A DNA stretch of 63,472 bases, counting the filler, from Octopus bimaculoides (lineage: Eukaryota), in NCBI RefSeq assembly GCF_001194135.2. It is 6 parts of 6 records of this genome, joined end to end, with 100 filler letters (N's around TTAATTAATTAA, not from the genome) between each part and the next. Parts side by side here need not be neighbours in the genome. Positions count along the whole stretch, not along the records: positions 8,458 to 21,700 come from NC_068983.1; positions 21,801 to 42,823 come from NC_068991.1; 4 more parts are not named here. The stretch is one strand, 5' to 3'. Within the stretch, counting starts at the first letter, position 1. Each line of letters begins with the position of its first letter. Of the stretch, positions 11,866-25,280 are shown piece after piece. A program made the position numbers and the translations under genes. Under the pieces are notes generated by a model. It did not search any database, had not been told where the DNA came from, and was given only the letters and a program-made list of their open reading frames with translations.

Positions 11866-11901
<36 letters not shown>

Positions 11902-12181
11902 GGGTAATGATGCGGTTATGTGTGTGAGTATGTGTATGTATGTGTTAATGCGTTTATTTATGAGTTAATTAGTGTGTGTGTGTGTGCGCGCGTTTTGTGT
12001 GTGTGTGTGTGCGCGCGCGTTTTGTGTGTGTATATGAGCGTGCGAAAGAGAGAGAGTGTGTGCCTGTCCTAAATCAATGAAATTAATTGAAGGAAGTCTT
12101 CTCGAGTGTTGCCACCTCTTTGACGAAACACCGAAATATTTCTTGAAATCTTTATTTTCCTTTATTGGCTGCTTTTGAATA

Positions 12182-12223
<42 letters not shown>

Positions 12224-12299
12224 ATATATAATTGATACTTAATAGCTTTGCTGCTGCTGTTGTTGTTGTTGTTACTGGTAGTGGTATTGTTATTTTTTG

Positions 12300-12430
12300 C
12301 CAAAATCAGTCCTGATGGAACAGCGTAACAATCGAAACCGTTCCGACCAAGACCATCCTATCTTCTGTTGATACGAGAGAATGTATTTTTAAGGAAATTT
12401 GGTCACTATTTCTAGCAGATTCCGACGAGG
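12300..12430 (+). repeat. Dispersed repeat family (related copies ~17940-18020, 19600-19690, 52470-52670)
   Basis: Shared GACCATCC and TTGG(T/C)(T/C)(G/A)CTATTTCT motifs; class not determined. Confidence 0.5.
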
Positions 12431-12958
12431 TAGAGTTTCCTGTTTGTATTAATGGTGTTTATAGTGATAATGTTGATACTGATGATGGTTTTGATAGTGT
12501 TTTAGTTGTTTCTGGTAGTATCGCTGGTCGGGCTGTTGCCGGTGGTGGTGGTGGTTGTTGTTGTTCTTGTTGTTGTTGTTGGTGGTGGTGGTGGTGGTGG
12601 TATATTGGCGGTGGTATTCTTGGTGGGGATGTTAAGGCTGGTAATTGAGAGACTATTGGTAAGGCTCGCTGTTAATGGTCGGCAGTGAAATAGAAGATGC
12701 AGTTATTTATAAGAAAAGTGAAATAAAACTATTTTGCACCTAGTGAGGAAGGAAGATAGCTATATCGTGTTACTGTTTGTTTTAAGGAGTTATGATAATA
12801 TATCAGTTTGTTTTGTGTTGTTAATTTTATGCATCGTGTGACTCGGTCTTGTGGCGAGAGCCATGAGGTGGTAGTAAATCAATTGAGAATTACATCTGCG
12901 TCCTGGTTTCGAATCCCGATAGAAATCTATTCCTGTGACAATAATTTATGAATATTAA

Positions 12959-13170
12959 GGCGGCGAACTAGTTGAATCATTAGCACGCCTGCAAAATGCT
13001 TAGCGGCATTTCGTCCGTCTTTATGTCTAGAGTTCAAATGCCGCCGAGGTCGACTTTACCTTTCATCCTTTCGATATCGATAAAATAAGAACCAGTTGAA
13101 CACTGGAGTCCATGTAATCGACTTACCCACTTCCCGAAATTACTAGCCTTGTGCCAAAATTTGAAATCAC
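12959..13170 (+). mobile_element. SINE family 2, full length
   Basis: AAGGCGGCGAACTAG..TTAGCACGCC..GAGTTCAAATGCCGCCGAGGTCGAC head with A/B-box-like motifs. Confidence 0.85.
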
Positions 13171-13771
13171 TAATTAACTAATATTCATGGGAGAACTAAA
13201 GACATCATATGTTTTCATAAGAACAATTATGGCTGAGGAACAAAACCACGGGAGAGTGTTCTGCGTATTAAACGCAGAGTAGGGTCTCACATATGTAATG
13301 TAGTAAACTGAAATACTTTGATTAAGTGAGATTATATTTGCAATTAGTGGACAAAATCTCCCTCGTATAGTGTATATATTTAAAACAAACAGGTGAGGTG
13401 GTAATTCTTATAAAAGAAAATTTAGAAAATGTAATATAAAACTTGATCTAATCCGCCTTAACCTACTTTGTTTCCTCATAACTATTTGAAAAATGTATAT
13501 TCTTTAAAGAAAATTTGTAGAGATATATTTCGTATCATTCTCTCTTCTCACTCGTTTCGACTTTGCTACCACTAATTTCTGTATTTTTAGCATCTGCCCT
13601 CTCCCATACACACACTTCTTTTCAGACATATTTGTTTGAAACATCAATATTGCATAACCTACACTGAGAAAATGTATTTCCCCGACTGGTTGATAGCAAC
13701 GAGGTCATTTTTGGTTTTATAAAGAAGAATCCATTCCCGTACTGTATTTTCTATTTTTTCCAAACTTTCAG

Positions 13772-13891
13772 TTGACTCTATTGGAGTTACATCGCTTGTT
13801 TGCTGTTTTATGGCGTTTAAATCCCTTTAGACTGAGATTTCGTCAACTAATTGCAAAGATATTTCAGTTAATCGAAGTTTTTTTCATTCTA
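13772..13891 (+). CDS. Candidate 120-nt phase-0 exon, unidentified (LTLLELHRLFAVLWRLNPFRLRFRQLIAKIFQLIEVFFIL)
   Basis: Pyrimidine tract + TTTCAG acceptor, GTATGT donor, open frame, non-repeat sequence. No family recognised. Confidence 0.25.
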
Positions 13892-15699
13892 GTATGTTAC
13901 ATATGCAAGACTCGCGTATTTACATGTTTCACATTTCCTTTTTTTCTTAACAAAAAAAAAAAGAAGAAAGAGAAAAAAGAACGAAGTTTTATGCTTTGCT
14001 AAGTAAGAATTATTATCATTGTGGTGAGTCCAGAGAAGTCAAGTTTTCGGCTTGATTTCACTTCTTTGTTGAAGGTAATTCATTTTACTAATACTGCCAG
14101 ATGAACATCAAACATTTTTACAGTCTTCTTTAAATATGAGGTCATGTGGCTTTGTAACTAATGCCTAGTTACAATGTTATAAGATGGTTCATAGAGCTGA
14201 GCGTTTTCTTTTTCTTGTCCTTTTTTTTTTCGAAGTGCTAAACAGTTGAGAATAATGATATGTCTTGGATGCTCCACCAACCCATCACTAAAGATTTTCT
14301 TGCATAAAGACTCTCCAGGTTGTACTGGAACTTCAGAATGTAACCTACCAAACGACTAAGATAAACATCATGCTAGTTCGACGTCCTGAATTCAAGCCGA
14401 ATTTCTTTTGCCAACATTTTATCTATTTTATCGTACCTGTAGATATTAAATTGGCATAGGAAGGATTTAAGCACCAGACATTTTGATTTATTTGTTGGCA
14501 AGTATCTGAAGTATTTCAAACACTATTCTAACGTAGAATTGAAGTCACTTTGTTCATGGCTCAAGAAGTCAAATCTGCCTCGAGAATCCTGTACTTTTTC
14601 ACGTCAACACATTTTATTCTACATTAGATCAATTCACCTCACTTTCTATGAAAAGTTCACTTGATATCTGCCTATAATCACAAAATGTCCAAACAATTGA
14701 ATAATTATCACACGAATGAGAAAGATAAATGCCTGTATATCTTTTTATCATATTCGTTATCGATTTCAGAATTCTGACTTCGGCACCAAAACGACTATGG
14801 AGCAGCATTCTTAACGTAGACCCTATTACGAAAGGAATGTAAATTGCTTTCCAAACGTTTTTGCAACATTAAAGCAATCTCAATCACTATCCAAATATCT
14901 ATAAAATTTAATGTAGATTGACACTAAGTTCCTTTTTGTAGGAGAGAGGATTTGGTTCGTGGATTCGACCTTAGTATTTAACTGATTTATATTTTGTTAA
15001 CTCCGTAACGATGAAATTTGGACCGATGGGTTTCTGCTTAGAATGAACCTTAATGCAGTAAACCGTTAACATTTCTGCAAGCACTGCGTTCATAAGCACT
15101 TCAAACTTTAGATTTTCTATTTATAAATTATAAACGAGATTTGTGAGTCTTGACCGTAGACAGAACAAAGTACTAGTAATGATATACAGACCATGAACTC
15201 ATCACTTGGATATCGACATTCTATCAATTCTTGTAGTTTTTATATTTAAGGGATAAAGAGCTCTGTTAGAAGAAATAAAGTTAATCCATCCATGAAGCAC
15301 AATAGACAATAAGTGCTTGTACTTAACTTCGATTTCTTTTAACGTTAAATGAATATCAGAAACTTACACGAGAAAGTTATGGACGGTAACTTTATTCGTC
15401 CTCTAAGCTAAGACAATTACCCTACTCAGTAATGGAAAAAAATCCCAACTGAACTGACCATCAGATACTTTAGCCACTTGGCCATTTTGTCTCAATATTA
15501 TCTACCTGCACGGAAACCATCGAATTTAAATAAACATAAATAGATAAAAATGTATGCTTATAGACTAGTTGTTATGAACAGCCAGATAAGGTGGTAGGAG
15601 AACGATTGGATAGCTGGAGGCGTCTTAATCTGCTAAATCTCGTCGGACGATACAGAAGATAATTATTGCTTGGATACAAATAATCTACTTTAACATGTT

Positions 15700-16300
15700 T
15701 GGTAGATAGGACAATCTGAGAAAGTCAGTACTCACTGCTTTTGTAGATCTCACACTGGTGAGGTGGATGCAGTTGATCTTTAACTTGAACATCTGAAGGT
15801 TGATGGATGTAGGGAAAGTGTGAGCTGATAGAGAATTCAAGAGAGTTCCAGTTCTAGGGAAGAAAACACGAGTGAAATGTTTGGTACAAAGTTTGAAAGT
15901 TGGTATAATGTGGATAAGGAAAATGGGAGTAACAAGATCATAGTGGAAGGTATGTTACTGGAACAGTTTTAGTAACAGTAAAAGAAGAGAAATATCACGT
16001 GGACAATGGTTGTAGTATGATGAGTGAAAGTTTAGTAATCACATAACTTATTTTTAGGTGTAATCTAAAATGTAACAATAACATCTACTTTATCCCAGAT
16101 TTGTGAACATTACTCTAAGGTAGGTTATATTTATGCCTTGAAGATGGGAAGAACTCTTGAATGCTGTAGCATGTTCTGGTCGTAAAGAAAACCTAGTCTT
16201 TGGAGTGTAGTCTTGGCTCTATTGGATGTGTGTTTGCTATGAACGATGGTCATAGAATGTGAGACTTAGCGTTTGCAAAGTTTTCACAGGTTTCCAGATG
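15700..16300 (-). mobile_element. CR1/L2-group LINE 3' fragment
   Basis: Minus frame RVFFPRTGTLLNSLSAHTFPTSINLQMFKLKINCIHL resembles the FFPRTxxLWNSLP..NLQxFK C-terminus. Confidence 0.6.
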
Positions 16301-16731
16301 TGTGTTATCATATATACTCGACTATAAGTCCCACTTTTTTCCCCTGAAATTTTCACCTAAAGTTGGGGCTGCGACTTTTAAGCGTATCCTACAAAAAAAT
16401 CTTCAGGTATTTTCTAGGTACAAGCCACGTCTGAAGTTCCGACACTTGGAATAACTGGAAAAAAACCCGAATCGCTAATCCCGAAGCCGAGTAGTACACG
16501 GAAAACGACCTTTAGATATTTCTTTATATATTTTTTTTACTTCTGTTTGTATGAAATAAACAATCATGCCGGCAGCTCTACGGCGCGTACTACAGTGACA
16601 TTTTAAAACTATATTCCTCAGAGAAGAGCTGCTTCCAACTTATTTATTTACACACACGCACACACACACACATACACACAGATATATATATATATATACA
16701 CGCCTTAGCTACGTACATGTTCTTATGGGTG

Positions 16732-16793
<62 letters not shown>

Positions 16794-16981
16794 NNNNNNN
16801 NNNNNNNNNNNNNNNNNNNNNNNNNNNNNNNNNNNNNNNNNNNNNNNNNNNNNNNNNNNNNNNNNNNNNNNNNNNNNNNNNNNNNNNNNNNNNNNNNNNN
16901 NNNNNNNNNNNNNNNNNNNNNNNNNNNNNNNNNNNNNNNNNNNNNNNNNNNNNNNNNNNNNNNNNNNNNNNNNNNNNNNNN

Positions 16982-17073
<92 letters not shown>

Positions 17074-17274
17074 CTCACGAAAGTATGTAATCTCCTTAGT
17101 AACAGCGCGGAGAGCTGATACTGTAGGGTAACGTGTAAATGTAATCTATACTGGTTTAGTGCCGGTACTTGTTTGGTGCTGATATTTAAGCAGAATGGAA
17201 TTTGATCTCACAGTGGTAACAGAAGACAATTAGATAGAGCAATGTAGATATATATCAATATTAAAGAGGATGTT

Positions 17275-17535
17275 TTGTGGATGGAGGAGGAGGTAAAGAG
17301 TGGAGGCAAGAGGCAGTAATAAGTGTGAGGAAAAGAAAGTGTAGAGTGGGAAGAAAGGGCGCTAAAAAGTTAAGGGAAGGGAAGGCAAAAAGTAGAGGGA
17401 AGAGGAGATAGTGGAAGGAAAAGGAAGTAAAGTGTAGAGGGAAGTGAAGATAACAAAAATGGAGACAGGAAGAGGTAATAAAATGAAGAAGGAAGAGAGG
17501 GTAATATAGAGTGGTGAGACTAAGGAGGAATAAAT
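17275..17535 (+). repeat. Low-complexity purine-rich tract
   Basis: Almost entirely A/G on the plus strand. Confidence 0.8.
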
Positions 17536-18241
17536 AACCAATCAATTGGAACTAATGAATATTATCATTAAAATGGCAGATGAATCTGCACCAAAGTTAG
17601 AAAGTAAAAGTATTTAGTTACATCACTTTCCGAGATCACCTTTACCTTTTGATGTTTGTAAGGCTAATAATATAAATACCAGTCAAATATTAAGGTTGAT
17701 TTTATCGACTGTTCCTCTTCCTCGATATTTGTGGAATGGTATTTATTCATTATTGTCCATGATGATAATTTTTATTACGTCTACTCAAGCAGACATAAAA
17801 TATAGGTTCACAGTCAGCGGAAAGTCGGTGAATTGGCAAAGTCTTTACACCGTTGAACGATAATCTTTGTGGTTATCTATTCTGGCACTCTGCGTTTTGA
17901 TTTCAAATCCTGCCGAGTCCTTCTGGGACCGATAAAATACAAGTCCATTGTTTTCTTTTATGAAAAAATGGTGCGATGTGTTCTAAGGAAGCTTATGTTG
18001 CTATTTCTGGCAGATCGAGCGACTTTATAGAGACACCCTCGCTGGCTTCGCCCTGGAAGATATCTGTCGTGACGTGCTCTTGTATGTTATGTAATTTGAA
18101 AGTATACAGATGTGTTTAACCCTGTAAGTGTGTGTGTGTGTGTGTGTGTGTGGAGAGAGAGAGAGGGTGGGAGCTATCGAGGTACATTTAAGTACGTATT
18201 GACACATGTTTGGTTGATACTGATTAACGCCAGGCTGAACT

Positions 18242-19509
18242 CAGGATTGTCAATTTAGTGTTTTTCGTACTAAATTTAGTTGAAAATCCGTTAATTTTCG
18301 GCACAATTTCAGTGCTTTTTTATTTGTCTTTTTTTTTATTATCATAATCAGAATTTAATTCAAAATTTTATGTCCATAATTCAGGCAGTAACAATTTGTG
18401 GCAAGAAGAATTATGTTTTTCTGCTCTTTTTAAAGCAAATAATTTCTGATGTTCAAAGAATTAACAAAAAATTGAGACAGAAACACAAGATCCCACTAAA
18501 TTATTTAATGATCTTCAGCAGCTCGTTAATTCAACCAGTTCAATAATTAAAATGTCAGAAAAGAAAGTAAATGAAAATGATTCAGTGCGGGATTATTTAA
18601 ATCCGAAGCCATAGCTTGGTTATCAATTTGAGAAGGAAATCTTTGAGTATAGATTTACTGAGCTCGAAGAAAATAAGAGGCCGATGCATAAAATTTCTTG
18701 AAGACGTTTTGGAGCAAATTAAACAGCATATTCGAAATATTTTTCATCTTTTATAATCAATGGGTTATTTTACTGTAGCAGAATGTCTTCAAACCAATAA
18801 AGCCTGCAGTTATAGACCTTGAAAAACATTTTAATGAAGATTTAGTGTTTCTGACAAAAATTGATTTTTAATGGAAAATATTGTTAATGTCCGATGGACA
18901 CCACAGGTTTCAAACAGTTTCTATCTGGATTAAGGTATGATTGAATAGGGATTCGACAGCGGGAAATCTGTTTGAACATTTGTCTGAGTCTACTTTTAAC
19001 ACTTCTCATTTCACCTACATAGTGCTAACGTAGAGCATATTCAGCCATATGAATTTTATAAAGTCAAATGAGCGTAACTGTCTAAGCATAGAAACACTAA
19101 GAGAAGTTTTGAGTATCAAATATAGATTTAAATAAAGCCCTAAGTGTTGTTATAATTATAAAATACCTAGCAAACTGTTAAGGAAAACTGGATCCATGGG
19201 TACGTATAAACCATGTGAAACTTCAGCTTCTACATGAAAAGGGATATCTTCAAAAATTGATTGGGATATCTTCAAAAATATTATGGAGTTAAAAAATAAA
19301 AAGTAATTATGTTAATTTCAATTTAATTTAACTAGAATTGGCATTTTTAATGGAGATACTTTGATGTTCATGTCTATTTCCATGATTTTTTTAGTATTTT
19401 TTTTTTGCTTAGTATTTGGGGGCGGGGACGTTTCACTTTTATTTTGTACTTTTTAGTGCTTTTTAAATATCGAAATAATGCTTTTTAAAATTTTCGGTTG
19501 GCAGCCCTA
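18242..19509 (+). mobile_element. Internally deleted hAT (hATm-like) DNA transposon
   Basis: Ends CAGGATTGTCAA / reverse complement TAGGGCTGCCAA; flanking 8-mers GCTGAACT and TCTGAATT (6/8 match, decayed TSD); frameshifted SANVEH-IFSHMNFIKSNERNCL dimerisation motif near 19020-19090. Confidence 0.7.
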
Positions 19510-20890
19510 TCTGAATTGGAAATTATGCATCTCTACAAGCAGACTTGTATTCAAAAGTGTTTCAACCGTAATCATGTCTTACTTAAGAATTAATATATTT
19601 AAGACCAAGGCTTGATTTGAGGGTCATTTGGTTGCTATTTCTCGCTGGTTGAACAAGTATATAAAACAGTAATGGAGAACGTTTTTAGCCTGGTGTATCG
19701 ATTTTTTGGTTTCTTTAATAAACATGTTATTGGAGTGTCATATGTATACAAATGTTAGTTTTGTATAAACGTTTGTATTTAAGCATTTTTAAAACATGAT
19801 ATTGCAACGAGATTATTTTATAAAAATCCATCACGTGTGACCTAAAGTCAAGCGGAATCATAAGTTCAGTATTATTTGTACAGAGACTTCTTCGTTAGTT
19901 GTGGCTGTTTGTAACAGTGTAAAAACAGTGGAGTGAGATAAAAGAATGAATTTGATGATAAAAAAAATTGTCGACAGACAAATGTAATGTAACACATTTG
20001 AGGAGCCGGAAGAAACCCAATATGGTTGGGCAATTAAAAAATTCCAGAAGATATAATGGCGGAAACGAGCTAGCAAAAAAACAAAACGAAAAGATGAAGT
20101 ATGTCAGATATTTTTTATTGTTTTCATTCATTTTTTCCCTTGCTTACAATACAATAATAGATGAGATGGTTTTGGTAAATTTTAAATGATACGATTGAAA
20201 TCAAGATATCAATATTTGATCATTATTTGTANNNNNNNNNNNNNNNNNNNNNNNNNNNNNNNNNNNNNNNNNNNNNNNNNNNNNNNNNNNNNNNNNNNNN
20301 NNNNNNNNNNNNNNNNNNNNNNNNNNNNNNNNNNNNNNNNNNNNNNNNNNNNNNNNNNNNNNNNNNNNNNNNNNNNNNNNNNNNNNNNNNNNNNNNNNNN
20401 NNNNNNNNNNNNNNNNNNNNNNNNNNNNNNNNNNNNNNNNNNNNNNNNNNNNNNNNNNNNNNNNNNNNNNNNNNNNNNNNNNNNNNNNNNNNNNNNNNNN
20501 NNNNNNNNNNNNNNNNNNNNNNNNNNNNNNNNNNNNNNNNNNNNNNNNNNNNNNNNNNNNNNNNNNNNNNNNNNNNNNNNNNNNNNNNNNNNNNNNNNNN
20601 NNNNNNNNNNNNNNNNNNNNNNNNNNNNNNNNNNNNNNNNNNNNNNNNNNNNNNNNNNNNNNNNNNNNNNNNNNNNNNNNNNNNNNNNNNNNNNNNNNNN
20701 NNNNNNNNNNNNNNNNNNNNNNNNNNNNNNNNNNNNNNNNNNNNNNNNNNNNNNNNNNNNNNNNNNNNNNNNNNNNNNNNNNNNNNNNNNNNNNNNNNNN
20801 NNNNNNNNNNNNNNNNNNNNNNNNNNNNNNNNNNNNNNNNNNNNNNNNNTATATACATGCATACACGCACGCACACACACACACACACAC

Positions 20891-21450
20891 ACTAGCAATG
20901 CATCCCGGCGTTGCCCGATTGTTATAACCTACATCCACATTGTATTATTTGTTTCTTTCTTATGGGTACAATCGGCACACGAGTAGCGTGAAGCAAACAA
21001 CTCTTTTTTATAAACATGTTTTTCGGTCATTTTGTGATGAACAATGCTGAAATTTGGCCCTAGGAAACGGTGTTTTCTAGGGCTAAATAGCAGTAGCATT
21101 CTTCTCTTTCATGGGACTGCCACAGTAAGTTGGCAACATAACATCACTTTATCGTGCTGCTACTGTCTCTTTTCTCTGAGAGATTTAGAAATGCAATATT
21201 GCAATACTGAAATTGTTGTCACCAAAAACATGTAGAATAGCAAATGTTTACAATAGTTGACTTATGTAAAAGATTATAATTCTAAATTTTTGTAATGCAA
21301 ATATGTCAATGAAAAATAAAGTTTAATTGGTAGCCGAAATAGTACTGAATCTTTTGATACCCCATGCGTCAAAATCTGCACCCCGGTTTTGGAATGCATA
21401 AGGAACATACACACACACAAACTCTGTTTTATAGTTATATATATATATAT
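20891..21450 (+). mobile_element. Helentron-associated/DINE-1-like non-autonomous element (3' part repeated at ~47020-47190)
   Basis: Starts ACTAGC..CCCGGCGTTGCCCG, ends with (CA)n..TTTTATA; 3' ~150 bp is shared with 47020-47190. Confidence 0.55.
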
Positions 21451-21806
21451 ATAAATTCAATAATAGGACGAATTCTTTTACAAGAATTTATCAAGTAGCT
21501 AGCGTGACAAAACCTCATAAGGGAAAAAATCCATCATTTATTCCCGAAATATATATTTATATTTATATAAGGGCATTACTATGCAATAATGCCTCACGCT
21601 ATGAGGGACTCTAAGGTCAGACTACTATAAAAAGCACATTTTTACCGAACGCGAGGAAATGCAACTCTCAAAGCCAACCCCTTAAAAACAGACTAAATTA
21701 NNNNNNNNNNNNNNNNNNNNNNNNNNNNNNNNNNNNNNNNNNNNTTAATTAATTAANNNNNNNNNNNNNNNNNNNNNNNNNNNNNNNNNNNNNNNNNNNN
21801 TATATA

Positions 21807-22300
21807 TATAAGACACTTGCCCAAAATCCACTTTTCATCGTAAGTTATAATACGGGCGAGAAATGGATCGGTCTGGTTACGGAGAAGAAGCCACGAGCAA
21901 ATTTCATATCTGCGTATTTTCTGATTTTCATTCAAATCGTGTGGTACCCATTTGTCGAGCTTTTTTGATTTTCCGATCGCATGCAAATGGTTGCAAGCAG
22001 TTTTCTGGCTAACTTGAAGTTCTTTTGCTAGTTCTCGAGTGGTTTTACGTGGATCTTTCTCAATGACGGTCTTTAATTGACTGTCATCGATGACAGATGG
22101 GCATCCACTTTGCTCACGATCTTCAAGGCTCAGGTCTCCGCTGCGAAATCGTTTAAACCATTTCCGAGCTGACCACTCACTGGTCATTTCCTCACCAAAC
22201 GCTTCGTTGATATCGCGGGCAGTTTCAGCTGCTTTACGTCCTTTTTTGAAGTTGAACAGCTAAATTGCTTGAATATCGTAGTTCCATATCACATGATTGT
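21807..22300 (-). mobile_element. Mariner transposase pseudogene, N-terminal half
   Basis: KWFKRFRSGDLSLEDREQSGCP (HTH), KWVPHDL, IITYDEKWIL (first catalytic D region); cut by a linker. Confidence 0.92.
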
Positions 22301-23129
22301 AACAACGGTGAAAAAAAATATCAATGTTAATTTATTGATACATTTAGGCAAGTCTACCTCTATTATCAGACAATTTCAAAACAATTTTTAAGAAAAATTC
22401 AAAACTGTAATGAGCGCCACTTTCTTCCAAATCCCCATTACCCTGTAATCTAATCAAGCAAACTAATACTGTCAGTGTCATAGATTATTAAAAATCAGGC
22501 CAACGGAGTCTCTTTTAGACCATCATTGTTACTGAAATACAATAACACCGTTGTTTCTGTGTCAATGAATGATCTTAATATTGACACGTACCAACCTATT
22601 TTTGGCTCTTTCGTCCATTGGTGAATATATTTTCTTACAGGACACAGTAACGTGGCTGAATGAAATATAATGATGTCGATATAAACAGACAGGCCAGATG
22701 TGTGTACTAGCGTTTGTAATTTGACAACATCACAGTAAGCAAGTAATGGTTTAAGGTTATAAATAGGCATTAAAAATGTGTGACTTAAAAGAAAAAAAAA
22801 CTGTTTACCGACAGTCTGTCATATAAATCCAGGTAGCTGGGAGTAAAATTAAAGTTGAGTCTTCTTGGATTGAAACGCTCTGTTTAAATCAACAACCTCT
22901 CAGAATTTTACACTGAAAAATCTAGAAATTGCGTCTTTGGTCAAATAGCAAAAGATTTTCTTTGCTGTACTCAATCGACTCTACTTTATTGCTCTCTTCA
23001 GATAGACTTACCATCAATTGTTGACGATTGCTCTGGTCAAAACCCGCTTAATCGTTGTTTAGGGATGTCAGAGAAGGTGATATTACATAGACAGGTTGCA
23101 TTTGTGTTGAGGTTTGCATAAAATAAGGG

Positions 23130-23690
<561 letters not shown>

Positions 23691-24177
23691 GACATTTTAG
23701 TAATAATGAATGTATTGTATGTAGTACTCAGGTGCACTACAACGTGTTGGTAAAAGTGAAAGCAAGAAGCAGCTATAAGTCAAGTAAAGAAAGATAGCAA
23801 TAAAAGCCAAATGTGACAATAATTTCTTTTCTTTTGTACGTAGAGCCAATTCATATGTACAATACACTTGTTACAAACGGGATACAAAAACGTGAGTCCT
23901 CTTTATGTGTAAAACGAGGTCAGTGGAGACATTACACAATATATTAAGATATGTTAAAAACTTTTGACTTGGAGAGTATAACTACACAGACAAGATGATT
24001 ATATAAAACATAGATATAATTTTAAAGCAGATATATAATCTAGAGAAAAAGAAGGCAATTAAGACAACCCACCTACATACCCCCGTTAGAATCCATCACA
24101 TTGGTTAGGCTACGACGCTTCACAACTCTGTCCGTCTACCACTTCTGTAAGGATTTGTTAAATTGGATTGGATCGGA

Positions 24178-25280
24178 TCAGACAAAAACCACCAACCGTC
24201 CTTTGGGCACGCCTGTTTTATAATACGACAAACCGACGCTGTAATCTTCCAACAACAACCTGTCGTTTGAATACCTCTTAAACTCCAACTCTATTTTCTC
24301 TATTTTCCCTTCCTTCTTCAGTGCATCTAACTCATAATCACACATCGGAAAGTCCACTTTTGGATCTAGAGCTATGCTTAGCCACAGAACCGTGTTGCCA
24401 CATATATCCCTCATCTCGTTGATTCTACTAGAATTTCGGCTTCCGAATCGGCTTTCCGGTTGTCGGTTCTCGACACTGGCGACGAGCTGTGACCCTCGGC
24501 CCTCTTCGGAGCTACTACCAGCAGTGTTTTAGAAACAACAGCGTCAACAGACCTGCTAATACTGATGCTGGTTCTGCTGCTCTCAGCTACATTCTCTCTC
24601 CACCTCTGCTTTTCCATCTTTTCAGAAAGCTCTTTAGTGGACCTTAATGCCATACGTGCAGCAGCCTACTTACTGCCATACACTACTAGTTGTATCGCAT
24701 TTTTGGCGTCCACGATGAACTCCAGGATGGGCCTATAGATTTTATGGAATCATCGGGACGCGTATGTGTATGCAAACCTCACTACGTGCCGCTTTTTTTT
24801 AGTTCTCTTTGGTGCTCACACAAATCTTATGACGAGTCAAAGGCCTACACCCGAACCAACATTTTTGGCTGTAACTCTTGTATTACACTTTCCTCTATAT
24901 TGCGGTACCAATCTGTGGGCAGGTGTATGATGCACCAGCATGGCCTGTTGTTCTCGGATCCAAAAATCGAGCACACGCTTCCATACGCTTTGTCCCGGTC
25001 GATAGCAAACACATTGCGCCACACATCACCTAGAGCTTTCTTTTGTAACTTCATTGAGGGCACAATGAAAGCCCCTCTGCTTTTCGAGAGACAAAGGTAT
25101 GTCACTTTTTCTCTTCCTTGTCTTCTATTAAACCATTAAGCAAGGAGACATAATATTTCGTACCATACCTATTCAATGTAGGGAGTTGTCCAAAGTTCAG
25201 TTTCTTTCTAACTCGTAACATTGGCAGATCTATTTTTGTTGTTTGCGTTGGACAGATTTCGGCTATCGCCAACATCTGTA
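24178..25280 (-). pseudogene. Decayed gag-like ORF1, probably from an L1/Tx1 LINE
   Basis: GC-richer than flanks; ~370 codons across a few stops and frameshifts from ATG TTG GCG ATA; 24622-24663 reads C-C-T-Y-G-I-K-V-H-*-R-A-F-*, exact CX2CX4HX4C spacing with TAT and TGA one base from Cys codons. Confidence 0.55.
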
